From: Candidatus Falkowbacteria bacterium
Lineage (GTDB): Bacteria; Patescibacteriota; Patescibacteriia; Patescibacteriales; WJLG01
Assembly: GCA_963747695.1 (NCBI GenBank)
Contig: CAVVFV010000010.1
Location: forward strand, 261,618-325,617
Length of the DNA stretch: 64,000 bases
Direction of reading: 5' to 3'
Notes under the pieces: generated by a model
What the model was told of the DNA's origin: nothing
What the model saw: only the letters and a program-made list of their open reading frames with translations
The model's database searches: none
Position numbers and translations under genes: made by a program
Part shown: positions 43,125 to 52,841 of the stretch, piece after piece
Position numbering within the stretch: the first letter of the stretch is position 1
How the letters are laid out: each line of letters begins with the position of its first letter

Positions 43125-43448
43125 ATGTATTATTACAGTAAGAAACATCACAAAAAAATAAATGTCAGGGTAAGGGAAGGTTTACGGATGATCGTTGAGG
43201 AAGCGACCGGTAATTTTTCATTCGCTTATCCGAAAAATTCGCCGCTCGCGGAGGCAACACTGTTCTGGGAAACAGCCAGCAATACGGCAGTCATGAAACC
43301 GGAACAATTGAGCAACGGCAAAATCAATTATTTAACGGCGGCCAATCTCTGCGCAAATCTGTCTGGCTTAACGGCTTTCCCGGAAGAATTCAAAGAGAAA
43401 GACAAATATCGTGAATTCGTTTTTGCCAAAACGTCCAATAATCTTTGA
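43125..43448 (+). CDS. Hypothetical protein
   Basis: 107-aa ORF preceded by GGAGG. No recognised family. Confidence 0.4.
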   Translation: MYYYSKKHHKKINVRVREGLRMIVEEATGNFSFAYPKNSPLAEATLFWETASNTAVMKPEQLSNGKINYLTAANLCANLSGLTAFPEEFKEKDKYREFVFAKTSNNL

Positions 43449-43467
43449 AGCCAACCAATCATAACGC

Positions 43468-44964
43468 TCATTGAACCTTCCGCCCGCCAATCGGAAGGTT
43501 TTTATTTTTTTCAGAAATTAAAGCCAGCATGGCGACCAGAATCCAAAACAATGCAGCTAAATCATTTTTAAAATACGGCACATCGACCAAGCCATGGACA
43601 ACAATCACAATCATTGCCGCTAATAAACCAAGATGTAAATATTTATATTCATTTCCCTTAATTGAAAATTTAAAGTTGACAATTGAAAATTTTATTATTA
43701 TCCATGCAAAAATAAATAATCCCGCCAAACCCAGCTCGCTCCAAAAATTCAAAATGATGTCGTGCGGATATAAATATATTTCCACCGGCTGCCAAGTGCG
43801 GGCGCGAACGGCGGCGCTGTTAATCGTATCCTGATGAAAATTAGGATCCGTACCATCATCATAAAAAAAACCTTTCTGGTGATACGGCGCCACGGCAGTT
43901 TGATAATTCCCCAAACCCACGCCTAAAATTTTTGCGTTGCCGTTTAACATCATCAAAGTTTCCTTCCATTGCAAGCGGCGGATCTGACCGGAAAGATCAT
44001 GGGCCGTAATTTTTCTGATGAGCGGTTTCTCGATCGGTGGATAAAAATAGATTCCCGCGCTGGCCACCAGGACAATGATGATAGCCGCGATCCGCGCTTT
44101 TTTATTGGCGTATAAACAAAAAATAAAGGCGGCGGCGGCCAGACCGATCAGGGCGCCGTCGGATTTGGCAAAATAAATCGCGGCTAATGACAAAAGGATG
44201 ATAAACCCCAAAAAGGCTTTGGATAAACCGATCGCAGAAATTCTTTCTTTTGGTAGCGGATAACAGATTTTCTCCTCAAACGGCGTGCATTCCTTTTTGG
44301 CCGGCAGTAATAAGAAGCTGAACAGGACCGGAATGATGGGGCCAAGATACAGGCCGACCGCGTTGGGATAGCCGAAAAACGAGACCGCCCGGCGCGTGGC
44401 TGCCGCGGCCCAGAGCGGATTATCAATCCCGATCCCGGTGAACTTTTGAAAAATCGCGTAGGCGGAAACAAGCAAGGCGCCAACCGCCAAGCTCAAGCCG
44501 ATTTTATTCAAACCATTCTTGCCGGGAAGAATATTGAGGATCAAGACATACAACAAGGCTGGTTCAAAAAAATAGGCCTTCCACAAACCCAAAGAAGCCG
44601 CAGAGAAATGAGGCAGACTGGCCGCGAAAAGTGAAACGATCAACAATAAAATGATTTCAATCCCAAAAGGATATTTTCGCCGGCCTTCCGCGCTGCCGCC
44701 CTTTCGCCACGGGCTGTTCATTAAAAAATCTTTAACTGAATATTTACCGTGCAAAAAATCCCAAAACTTTGTTTTGAAAACAAACCAACAAAAAAAAGCG
44801 ATCAGGATCATCGCCTCCAAAAGCGTCAGCGGGACTAATATTTTGAATCTAACCAAATACAAAGGCAGGCCGGCGATGACGAGCATCACGGCCCAGTCTG
44901 ACCTTTTGAGCGACAAGACAAAAAAGGCGAGTAAAAATATGGCCAAAAATATTGCGTAACTCAT
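43468..44964 (-). CDS. O-antigen ligase/polymerase-like (Wzy_C family) polytopic membrane protein
   Basis: About 12 TM helices with a central periplasmic loop, typical of O-antigen ligase-like proteins. Confidence 0.5.
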   Translation of the reverse strand: MSYAIFLAIFLLAFFVLSLKRSDWAVMLVIAGLPLYLVRFKILVPLTLLEAMILIAFFCWFVFKTKFWDFLHGKYSVKDFLMNSPWRKGGSAEGRRKYPFGIEIILLLIVSLFAASLPHFSAASLGLWKAYFFEPALLYVLILNILPGKNGLNKIGLSLAVGALLVSAYAIFQKFTGIGIDNPLWAAAATRRAVSFFGYPNAVGLYLGPIIPVLFSFLLLPAKKECTPFEEKICYPLPKERISAIGLSKAFLGFIILLSLAAIYFAKSDGALIGLAAAAFIFCLYANKKARIAAIIIVLVASAGIYFYPPIEKPLIRKITAHDLSGQIRRLQWKETLMMLNGNAKILGVGLGNYQTAVAPYHQKGFFYDDGTDPNFHQDTINSAAVRARTWQPVEIYLYPHDIILNFWSELGLAGLFIFAWIIIKFSIVNFKFSIKGNEYKYLHLGLLAAMIVIVVHGLVDVPYFKNDLAALFWILVAMLALISEKNKNLPIGGRKVQ

Positions 44965-45012
44965 AACGCGTAGCGCGTAACGATTCTGCCGTTATGCGTT
45001 ACGCGTTATGCG

Positions 45013-45996
45013 TTATGTGCCGGTCACTGCCAACATATACAAGCCGATGATGATCAGCAAGGCGCCGATGACTTTTTGAAACAAGACTTCGCCGCCCAGT
45101 TCTTCTTTCAGCACTTTTGGATATTTGGCGGACAGGAACATCACGATGACGAAAAGGAAGATATATTGAATGCCCTGCAAAGCGTTGGTGACGGCCACGC
45201 TGCCCATGCTGACCGCCCGATTCAAAAGAATAAAAGCGAAGGCGGCCAGACCGCGGATCAAGAAAAAGAGCACCAAATTTTGCGGCTTATTGCTGTGGCC
45301 GACATGCTTTTCTAAAATCAATTTGCGCCACGACGGGATCAGCAGCATCAGATGCACGCCGATGAAACTGCCCATTCTCGACCAGACAAAACCGCCGATA
45401 AACGGCTGGGTGGAATAGACATATTTGATCAGCACATAGAATACCGCGAAGAAAAAAGCCGCCACCACCGAATTGACGATCAATCGGCTGTTGGGGCGGT
45501 ACTCGGCGTGAATTCCGCCTAAGGAATTGCCAAAAACAGCGCGAACCCGATTGGCCACGGCATGCAGCTCATAAAACCTGGTGTGTTTGACTGAGATCAG
45601 CACACCGCCGATGATCAAAATCAAGAATGCCAGCAATTCCCGTTCGGTCAGCTGCTCGTGCAGAAAGAAGAAACCTAGGACAAAACTGAAAACGGGGATC
45701 AGCGCCCCGACGATCGGCACGACGCGCGTCGCTTCCGACTGATGCAAAGCTTTATACCAAAAAATCAAAGTCGCCAAAAAAATCAGGCCAGCCAGCAAAT
45801 CAACCCCCAGCTGCTGCCAATTAGGAACCCAGGGGTCGAGGAAAAGCAGGAAGATATTCAAGAAACTCCAAATGCCCACATAAAAAGCATAAGCGACCGA
45901 AGAGTGGACCTTCTTGGAAAGCAAGAATTTATCGCCGACATAGACGCCGGCATTGATCAGATAAGAGATGGAGGCGATGGCTAACCACATAATCAA
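45013..45996 (-). CDS. DMT/EamA-family transporter
   Basis: 10 TM helices in two halves. ATRVVPIVGALIPVFSFVLGFFFLHEQLT is typical of the end of an EamA domain. Confidence 0.55.
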   Translation of the reverse strand: MIMWLAIASISYLINAGVYVGDKFLLSKKVHSSVAYAFYVGIWSFLNIFLLFLDPWVPNWQQLGVDLLAGLIFLATLIFWYKALHQSEATRVVPIVGALIPVFSFVLGFFFLHEQLTERELLAFLILIIGGVLISVKHTRFYELHAVANRVRAVFGNSLGGIHAEYRPNSRLIVNSVVAAFFFAVFYVLIKYVYSTQPFIGGFVWSRMGSFIGVHLMLLIPSWRKLILEKHVGHSNKPQNLVLFFLIRGLAAFAFILLNRAVSMGSVAVTNALQGIQYIFLFVIVMFLSAKYPKVLKEELGGEVLFQKVIGALLIIIGLYMLAVTGT

Positions 45997-46033
45997 TTAA
46001 GAATTAAGAGGGAAGAATTAAAAAATATATTTA

Positions 46034-46642
46034 TTATAACTTTTTTTTAAAATTCTTCACCGCTTTTATAAAAATCGCGGTATCGGGAAATTTTTTCCAA
46101 TCCCAATCGGATTTGCCCGCCAGAGAGGCGATAACTCTTCTTAAATATTGCGCAGGCAGCGGCGAATTAACTTCCGCGACATATCTTTTCCCGACAGGCG
46201 CTTCCACAAAAAAATATGATGACTTTGCCTTCCGGTTTATTTTTCTCAAAGGCGCAAATGCTCTTATTTCTCTGAGTTTAAAAAACTTCTTAAGATATCT
46301 AATGATATCAACTTCGAGCGGCACAAGGTGAAAATGGGCATGATCAAGGCAGCCGCCACCTTTGAAACAACCGAGGCGAGGGCCGTGTTCAAAGACGACA
46401 ACTTCGGTTTTATAAAATTTAGTCAACTTTATCTTCACCCTTTCCAAAATTTTTTCCAACTCTTTTTCTAACGGCGCCGGAATATCTCCGACTCCTTGAT
46501 AGTGTTTTTTTGAGCAGAGCAACAAATATCCTTCAATCCCCATCGAACCGAGAGCCGGAACTACAAAAAAATTTTTACTTTCCAATAAAATATTTTCTTT
46601 TTTTACCAGCTCTTCTCCTAAGGCGCAGCAAGGTTCCTCCAT
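46034..46642 (-). CDS. HIT-superfamily nucleotide hydrolase/transferase-like protein
   Basis: DHAHFHLVP histidine-triad motif. Confidence 0.65.
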   Translation of the reverse strand: MEEPCCALGEELVKKENILLESKNFFVVPALGSMGIEGYLLLCSKKHYQGVGDIPAPLEKELEKILERVKIKLTKFYKTEVVVFEHGPRLGCFKGGGCLDHAHFHLVPLEVDIIRYLKKFFKLREIRAFAPLRKINRKAKSSYFFVEAPVGKRYVAEVNSPLPAQYLRRVIASLAGKSDWDWKKFPDTAIFIKAVKNFKKKL

Positions 46643-46656
46643 ACAACTCTTCTCTC

Positions 46657-47889
46657 TTAATTCTTAATTCTTATCTGATTGTCGCGGCAGATTTCCGCGT
46701 AGACCGCGGCGCTCGGTCGGGCCGTCCGCTTGAAAGTCTGGCGATCCACCGAATAGAGGCCGAATTTCATCGCATATCCCGCCGCCCATTCGAAATTATC
46801 CAAGAGCGACCAGTGAAAATAACCGCGAATATCTTCTCCTTCCTCGATGGCTTGGTGGACATAGCGCAGATGATCGACGATGAATTTTGCGCGTTTGGAA
46901 TCGGTTGCATCAGCAATACCATTCTCCATGATATAGATCGGCTTATTGAAACGCCGCAAATCTTTTAGGATGCCGTAAATGCCTTCGGGAAAAATCTCCC
47001 AGCCGAAATCGTTGACTTCTTTGCTCAGATTCTTGAGAAAGGGCGGATACCAGACGATCCGATTGGAAAAATAATAATCCAAACCGATGAAATCACATTG
47101 TTTATGCACCAGACTGATAAACAAATTATTGCAAACCAAATTCAGAAACCAAGCCAGCAGTATTTCCGGAAACAACCAGGCTCTAGCCGGATAAAAATTA
47201 TCACCCAAGTGAGTGAAGCCGACGTTGGTGCGCAAGTTTGCCCGATGGATAATTTCATACGCTTTTTTGTGCGCCGCAGCGAGATTTAAGAAAGTCTTCG
47301 CTCCCAAGAACCAATTCTTCTTATTCGGCGGGAACTCGCCGATAAAATAACCTTTATGTACATGGATCGTCGGTTCGTTGACCGTAATCCAGAAATCGAC
47401 CAGATCGCCTAATTCAGCCACGACAAATTCGACATAGCGAGCGTAATAATCAACGATCTTCTTATTCGCCCAGCCACCTTCGTTAACGACCCAGAGTGGG
47501 TTGGTCCAATGCCAGATTGTCAGCACGACCTTGATATTTTTTTCTTTTAGATTCATCAGAGCTTTCCGGTAATGTTCGATCTCGGCACGATTAAATTCTC
47601 CTTCCTTAGGTTCGATCCTGGCCCATTCGATCCCCAACCGATAGGCACCGCAATTCAAAGCTTTGACCATTTCCGCATCTTCTTCGTAGCGGTTATAAGA
47701 ATCGCAAGCGGTACCGGCGACAAAATCGCGATAATTCAATTTCTTTTTACGCAATTCCTTCAGCCTTTTTTCCGACATCTCCCACTGGCTCCAATCATTG
47801 GTGATGCCGCCTTCGATCTGATAAGCCGAGGTGGAAACCCCCCAAAGGAAGCCTTCGGGAAATTTTAAAATTTTCTGTTCATTTTCCAT
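46657..47889 (-). CDS. Glycoside hydrolase family 1 beta-glucosidase
   Basis: TVNEP (acid/base) and YIMENG (nucleophile) motifs, plus FLWG..SAYQIEG at the N-terminus. The Met at 47889 is preferred as the start. Confidence 0.9.
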   Translation of the reverse strand: MENEQKILKFPEGFLWGVSTSAYQIEGGITNDWSQWEMSEKRLKELRKKKLNYRDFVAGTACDSYNRYEEDAEMVKALNCGAYRLGIEWARIEPKEGEFNRAEIEHYRKALMNLKEKNIKVVLTIWHWTNPLWVVNEGGWANKKIVDYYARYVEFVVAELGDLVDFWITVNEPTIHVHKGYFIGEFPPNKKNWFLGAKTFLNLAAAHKKAYEIIHRANLRTNVGFTHLGDNFYPARAWLFPEILLAWFLNLVCNNLFISLVHKQCDFIGLDYYFSNRIVWYPPFLKNLSKEVNDFGWEIFPEGIYGILKDLRRFNKPIYIMENGIADATDSKRAKFIVDHLRYVHQAIEEGEDIRGYFHWSLLDNFEWAAGYAMKFGLYSVDRQTFKRTARPSAAVYAEICRDNQIRIKN

Positions 47890-47997
47890 ATTGGCATTAT
47901 AGCAAAATCTTTGTGCTTTTGGAATTATTGGCCAAAAACAAAAAACATCCTGATCAGGATGTAAAAATTCCCTCGACACTAAGCTCTTTATTACTTC

Positions 47998-49404
47998 TTA
48001 CTTCCCTGTCCGCCTTGGGCGGATGACTTCTGCCTTAAACAGATCGCCCCGTTCCTTATAATTCTTAAAACAGCCGAAACTGGCGCAGCCGGTCGAGAGC
48101 AGAACGATGTCGCCGAGTTCAGATTCTTGTTTGGCGATTCTAACAGCGTCTTTCATATTATTGACTACTCGTAACCCATAACTCGTAACCCGTAACTCTT
48201 TTTTTAACCGCTCGGACCCTTTACCTTTGAATAATATTAAAAATTTTACTCGCTTATTTATTTCTTGGGCGAATTTTTTGAAATCCGAGCCTTTGTTGGC
48301 GCCGCCGGCCAAGAGAATGATATTTTTCTTTCCCGCGAATGATTTCAAAGCGATAACGCTGACATCCGGCACCGTGGCAAAACTGTCATCAAAATAGCGC
48401 ACGCCGTTAATTTCGGCGACAAATTCCAGGCGATGCGGCAAGCCTTTGAAATTTTTCACTGTCCGAGCCACGATTATCGGCTTGATCTTCAAAATCTTAG
48501 CCACCGCAACTGCGGCGGCGATATTCTCCTTATTATGTTTGCCGATCAAATTGCTGACTAATTCCGATTTTCCGTAAACAATAACCTTTGCCGGAGTTCG
48601 GACGCCGTAATCCTTAATCTGCAAATCTTCATTGACAACTAGATAATCTTTCTTGGCCTGATGAGCGAAAATATTCGCTTTGGCGGTCCAATAATCTTTC
48701 ATCGATTTGTGATAATTCGGATTGTGCGGATCAGCTGGAGCCAGATGTTCTTTGAATAAATTAGTTACCACGGCGATGTGTGGGCTAATATCCAAATCTT
48801 CCAATTGAAAGCTGGATAATTCCAAAACAACATAATCATCCGGCTTAATTTTCTCGATAAATTCAAACGGCGCATTGCCAATATTCCCACCGAGAAAAAT
48901 ATGGCGCTTTCGTAGGAACGCAAGATTTTGCGTTCCTACCTTAAGAATTTCATAAATCAGCGACGAGGTTGTCCCCTTGCCTTTCGATCCGGTGACGCCA
49001 ATGATATTTTTCGTCGGACATAATTGAAAAAATAATTTCATCGGGCTGGATATTTCCACGCCGGCTTTCTTAGCCTTGAGCAGATTGGGATTAAAAAGCG
49101 GGTAGCCGGGCGAACGAAAAATAATGTCAAAATCCGCCAGATGCTTATCGTAATCCTTGCCGGTCATCAAATTTATCCCCGGCATTTTATTCTTCCGCGC
49201 CAATTCCTTAATCTCCAAAAACCGATCGCCCAATTCCGCCGCCGATTTCGGATCGCAAACCGTAATATGCAACCCTTGCCCCGCCGCAGTCTCCGCCGCG
49301 TGACTGCGGCGCAATAAATATTTCACCAACGCCAAATTCTCCACCCCCAACCCGAGCATGGCAATCTTCTTATTCTGCAAAAATTTTAATTTATCCTTTA
49401 TCAT
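47998..49404 (-). CDS. murD: UDP-N-acetylmuramoylalanine--D-glutamate ligase
   Basis: GVTGSKGKGTT P-loop, Mur ligase middle and C-terminal domains. Carries two repeat-derived in-frame inserts. Confidence 0.85.
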   Translation of the reverse strand: MIKDKLKFLQNKKIAMLGLGVENLALVKYLLRRSHAAETAAGQGLHITVCDPKSAAELGDRFLEIKELARKNKMPGINLMTGKDYDKHLADFDIIFRSPGYPLFNPNLLKAKKAGVEISSPMKLFFQLCPTKNIIGVTGSKGKGTTSSLIYEILKVGTQNLAFLRKRHIFLGGNIGNAPFEFIEKIKPDDYVVLELSSFQLEDLDISPHIAVVTNLFKEHLAPADPHNPNYHKSMKDYWTAKANIFAHQAKKDYLVVNEDLQIKDYGVRTPAKVIVYGKSELVSNLIGKHNKENIAAAVAVAKILKIKPIIVARTVKNFKGLPHRLEFVAEINGVRYFDDSFATVPDVSVIALKSFAGKKNIILLAGGANKGSDFKKFAQEINKRVKFLILFKGKGSERLKKELRVTSYGLRVVNNMKDAVRIAKQESELGDIVLLSTGCASFGCFKNYKERGDLFKAEVIRPRRTGK

Positions 49405-49460
49405 GCGTTTTTCTTACTTCTTAATTCCTACTTCTTACTTTCTTGTCCGCCTTGGGCGGG

Positions 49461-52295
49461 TTACTTCTTACTTTCCAGCTTTTCCAATTCTCCCCAACTC
49501 TCCCCGATCTCAATATCCACCACGACCGGAACTTTTAATTTTAAGATGTTGCGCATGATGTCCTGAATGCGGCCGGCCGCTTCTTTCATCTTGTCTTCGC
49601 GCATCTCGAAAACCAGTTCGTCATGGACTTGGATTATCATCTTCACGCTCTCGGAATATTTTTCGTCAATTAAATTTTGAGTGAGGATCATCGCCTTCTT
49701 GATCATATCGGCGTTTGTGCCTTGTAGCGGCGTGTTGACGGCCATCCGTTCGGCGGCGGCGCGGACCGGCGCCACTTGCGAAGTTATCTCCGGCAAGTAA
49801 CGGCGGCGGCCAAATAAAGTTTCGACATAACCATTCTTGCGGGCGAAGGCCACCATATCTTCGGTATAGGTCCGGATATTCTTGTAGAGATCAAAATAAT
49901 GCTCAATGAATTCCTTGGCGCGGTTCAACGGCATATCGGTATTCTGCGCCAGGCCATAAGGTCCTTGGCCGTATAAAATCCCGAAGTTGATCGCCTTGGC
50001 TTCCTGGCGCATCTTTTTAGTAACGTCTTCGATCTTTACATTATTAATGGCGGCCGCGGTGGAAGTGTGGATGTCCAGGTTGCGCTCGAAGGTATCGATC
50101 ATCCTTTTGTCGCCGGACAAATGGGCGGCCAGGCGCAATTCGATCTGCGAATAATCGAGCGACACGATTTTCCAGCCTGGTTGGGAAATAAACGCCTTAC
50201 GGATTTCCTGGCCGAGTTCGGTGCGGATCGGAATATTCTGCAGATTCGGATCAGAAGAAGAAAGACGGCCGGTCGCGGTGACAGTCTGGTTAAAGCTGGT
50301 ATGGACGCGGCCGGTGATCGGATTGACGAGCAGCGGCAACGCCTCAATATAAGTAGATTGTAATTTAGCCAATTCGCGATACTCCTGGATCAACGGGATT
50401 ATTTCGTGCTCGTGCTTTAATTTTTCCAATTCATCGGCGGCGGTCGAATAACCGGTCTTGGTATGGCCGATGCCGGCCGTGGAAATATTTAATTTCTCAA
50501 ACAAGACTTCTTTCAATTGCTGGGTGGAATTAATATTAAATTCGCCGCCGGCCAAAGCATAAATCTTTTTTTCCAATCCCGTGATCCGCTTGGCTAATTT
50601 TTTATCCATCGCCGCCAAAAAATCCTTATCAATTTTCACGCCATTATCTTCAACGGTGGCCAAAACCGGCACCAGCGGCATTTCGATTTCTTCGAACAGC
50701 TTGGTCAGTTCTTTGTCGCGCAGATGCTTAGCCAATTTAGCTTGCAGCCGGTGGGTGAAATCCGCGTCCTCGCAGGAATAGAGCGCCAGCTTGGCCGTCT
50801 CCACCGTGGCAAAAGTTTTCTTATCCTTGCCCGATCCGAGCAAATCTTCCGTGCTGATTTTTTCAAAACTCAACTCGGAAAAAGTCACGGCATCCAGATT
50901 ATGCTGCCTGGTGCCCGGATTCAATAAATACGAGGCGATCATCGTATCAAAATCGATTCCTTTCATATCAATCCCGGCGTGCCGCAGAACGCGCAAATCA
51001 AATTTGATATTATGCCCGCACTTCTTGATCTTCTCATCTTCCAAAATCAGTCTCAACTTTTCCAACCAAGGGTTAATATTTTTTGAACTAGTTTTTTCTT
51101 TAGTGTCAAAAAGACTATTTTGATTTTTCTTCTCTCTTATCTCCTCTCTCTTAACTGAAACATAATAGGCCTCCCCTTCGCGCCAAGAAAAACTGATGCC
51201 GAGCAATTCTTCCAGCAGCGGATCAAATCCGGTCGTTTCCGTATCGATCGTAAATTCTTTTTGCTTAGCAAGCGCCGCCAAAAATTTGGCGAATTTTTTA
51301 TCATCGTCAACTAAAGTATATTTGAATTCAGTCCGATTGCGCTCGAACTTGTCCGCCGTGGCCTGCGCATACGCGGCTTTATCGGAAACTTTGAAATGGG
51401 CGGAAACCAGATCCTGCACCCGCGGCAGTAACGATTTGAAACCCAGCTCGCTGAAGAGCCCGGCAACTTTTTCGCGGTCAAAATCATAAGCGCGGCATTT
51501 TTCCAAATCGAATTTTATCGGTACATCCAGTTTAATGGTGGCTAGATCTTTTGATAAATAGGCATCTTTCTTATGTTCAAGCAATAAATCAACAACCCGG
51601 GGCGGAATTTGGAATTTGGAATTTGGAATTTGGAATTTTTTATACAAATTATCCAGCGTCCCAAATTCTTGCAAAAGTTTAGTCGCGGTTTTTTCGCCGA
51701 TGCCGCGGACGCCGGGAATATTATCGGACGGATCACCGCGCAAAGCTTTGTAATCGATCATCTGGTCCGGCGCGAGGCCGTATCTTTCTTTGACTCGGGC
51801 GTCATCATAAACAACGCTTTCGCTTAAGCCATGCCCCATGGTAAAAACTTTGGTCGAAGAGTCGACCAGTTGCAAAGTATCCATATCACCGGTGACGATT
51901 ATTTTTTCCACTTCCGGACCGACCGTCTTATCGATCGTGCCGATCAGATCATCAGCCTCAAAACCTTGCAGCTCGAAAATCGGGATATTGAAAGCCTTGG
52001 CCACCTCTTTGACGCGCGGAATCTGATCATAAAGATCTTGCGGCGCCTTAATTCTGGTAGCTTTATATTCTTTATATTTAAGATGACGGAAGGTCGGACC
52101 TTTCATATCCAAAGTCAGGGCGATATAATCCGGTTTCAATTCGCGCCAGGCCTTCAATAAGACCGCGGAAAAACCATAAACTGCGTTGACCAATTCGCCG
52201 TCTTTGGTGCGCAAAGTCGGCGGCAGAGCGTGAAAACTGCGGTGGATCAAAGCGTTGCCGTCGATAATGACTAATTTTCCTTTCTGTTTAGACAT
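49461..52295 (-). CDS. polA: DNA polymerase I (5' nuclease, 3'-5' exonuclease-like and polymerase domains)
   Basis: 5'-nuclease GIGEKTA H3TH motif. Polymerase motifs DYSQIELR, RR.AK..NFG..YG and QVHDE. Confidence 0.95.
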   Translation of the reverse strand: MSKQKGKLVIIDGNALIHRSFHALPPTLRTKDGELVNAVYGFSAVLLKAWRELKPDYIALTLDMKGPTFRHLKYKEYKATRIKAPQDLYDQIPRVKEVAKAFNIPIFELQGFEADDLIGTIDKTVGPEVEKIIVTGDMDTLQLVDSSTKVFTMGHGLSESVVYDDARVKERYGLAPDQMIDYKALRGDPSDNIPGVRGIGEKTATKLLQEFGTLDNLYKKFQIPNSKFQIPPRVVDLLLEHKKDAYLSKDLATIKLDVPIKFDLEKCRAYDFDREKVAGLFSELGFKSLLPRVQDLVSAHFKVSDKAAYAQATADKFERNRTEFKYTLVDDDKKFAKFLAALAKQKEFTIDTETTGFDPLLEELLGISFSWREGEAYYVSVKREEIREKKNQNSLFDTKEKTSSKNINPWLEKLRLILEDEKIKKCGHNIKFDLRVLRHAGIDMKGIDFDTMIASYLLNPGTRQHNLDAVTFSELSFEKISTEDLLGSGKDKKTFATVETAKLALYSCEDADFTHRLQAKLAKHLRDKELTKLFEEIEMPLVPVLATVEDNGVKIDKDFLAAMDKKLAKRITGLEKKIYALAGGEFNINSTQQLKEVLFEKLNISTAGIGHTKTGYSTAADELEKLKHEHEIIPLIQEYRELAKLQSTYIEALPLLVNPITGRVHTSFNQTVTATGRLSSSDPNLQNIPIRTELGQEIRKAFISQPGWKIVSLDYSQIELRLAAHLSGDKRMIDTFERNLDIHTSTAAAINNVKIEDVTKKMRQEAKAINFGILYGQGPYGLAQNTDMPLNRAKEFIEHYFDLYKNIRTYTEDMVAFARKNGYVETLFGRRRYLPEITSQVAPVRAAAERMAVNTPLQGTNADMIKKAMILTQNLIDEKYSESVKMIIQVHDELVFEMREDKMKEAAGRIQDIMRNILKLKVPVVVDIEIGESWGELEKLESKK

Positions 52296-52396
52296 ATGAT
52301 TATCAGTTACCTAATTATATCACAATCTTCTGAATAAAATTAAAGCCGTTGTTATTCCTTGAATGAACAACAACGGCAAATTTTTAACCGGTCTCA

Positions 52397-52738
52397 TCAC
52401 TTCCTCCTGGCGGCTGCGGTTTGAAAAAATTCCCGGGCGTTGGGCTGATTAGCGTCTTCGGCCGGAATTTCATCATAGGCCTGAAAAATTCTTGTTTTCA
52501 AGGCCAACGCTTGCGCGATTTTTTTCCTGATTAAATCCAATCGTTCGTTCTTGACCTCGCTCGCGACATTAGCTGCGGCTTTTTCAGCGTCAGACAATTT
52601 GGTTTCGGCGGCGAGTACTGCTTCCATGGCCTCCACCAGCCGATCAACTTTTTTTTCTTCAAGCGCTTTGTCAATCGCCACTGCCGCTTCCAGGAAAAGA
52701 TCAGGAACCGTCTGGCTGTTAAAATCGCTGGTTAACAT
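52397..52738 (-). CDS. Hypothetical alpha-helical protein
   Basis: 113-aa ORF preceded by GGAGG. Ala/Glu/Lys-rich. Confidence 0.4.
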   Translation of the reverse strand: MLTSDFNSQTVPDLFLEAAVAIDKALEEKKVDRLVEAMEAVLAAETKLSDAEKAAANVASEVKNERLDLIRKKIAQALALKTRIFQAYDEIPAEDANQPNAREFFQTAAARRK

Positions 52739-52841
52739 CTTTCACCTCCTTTCCGGAAGTTTTAAAAAATGGAATAAAGGGCTGTCTACCGCTAATCTAT
52801 CACACTTTTCGCAGAAAATCCAGAGCGGCTTCCGGGCGGGT

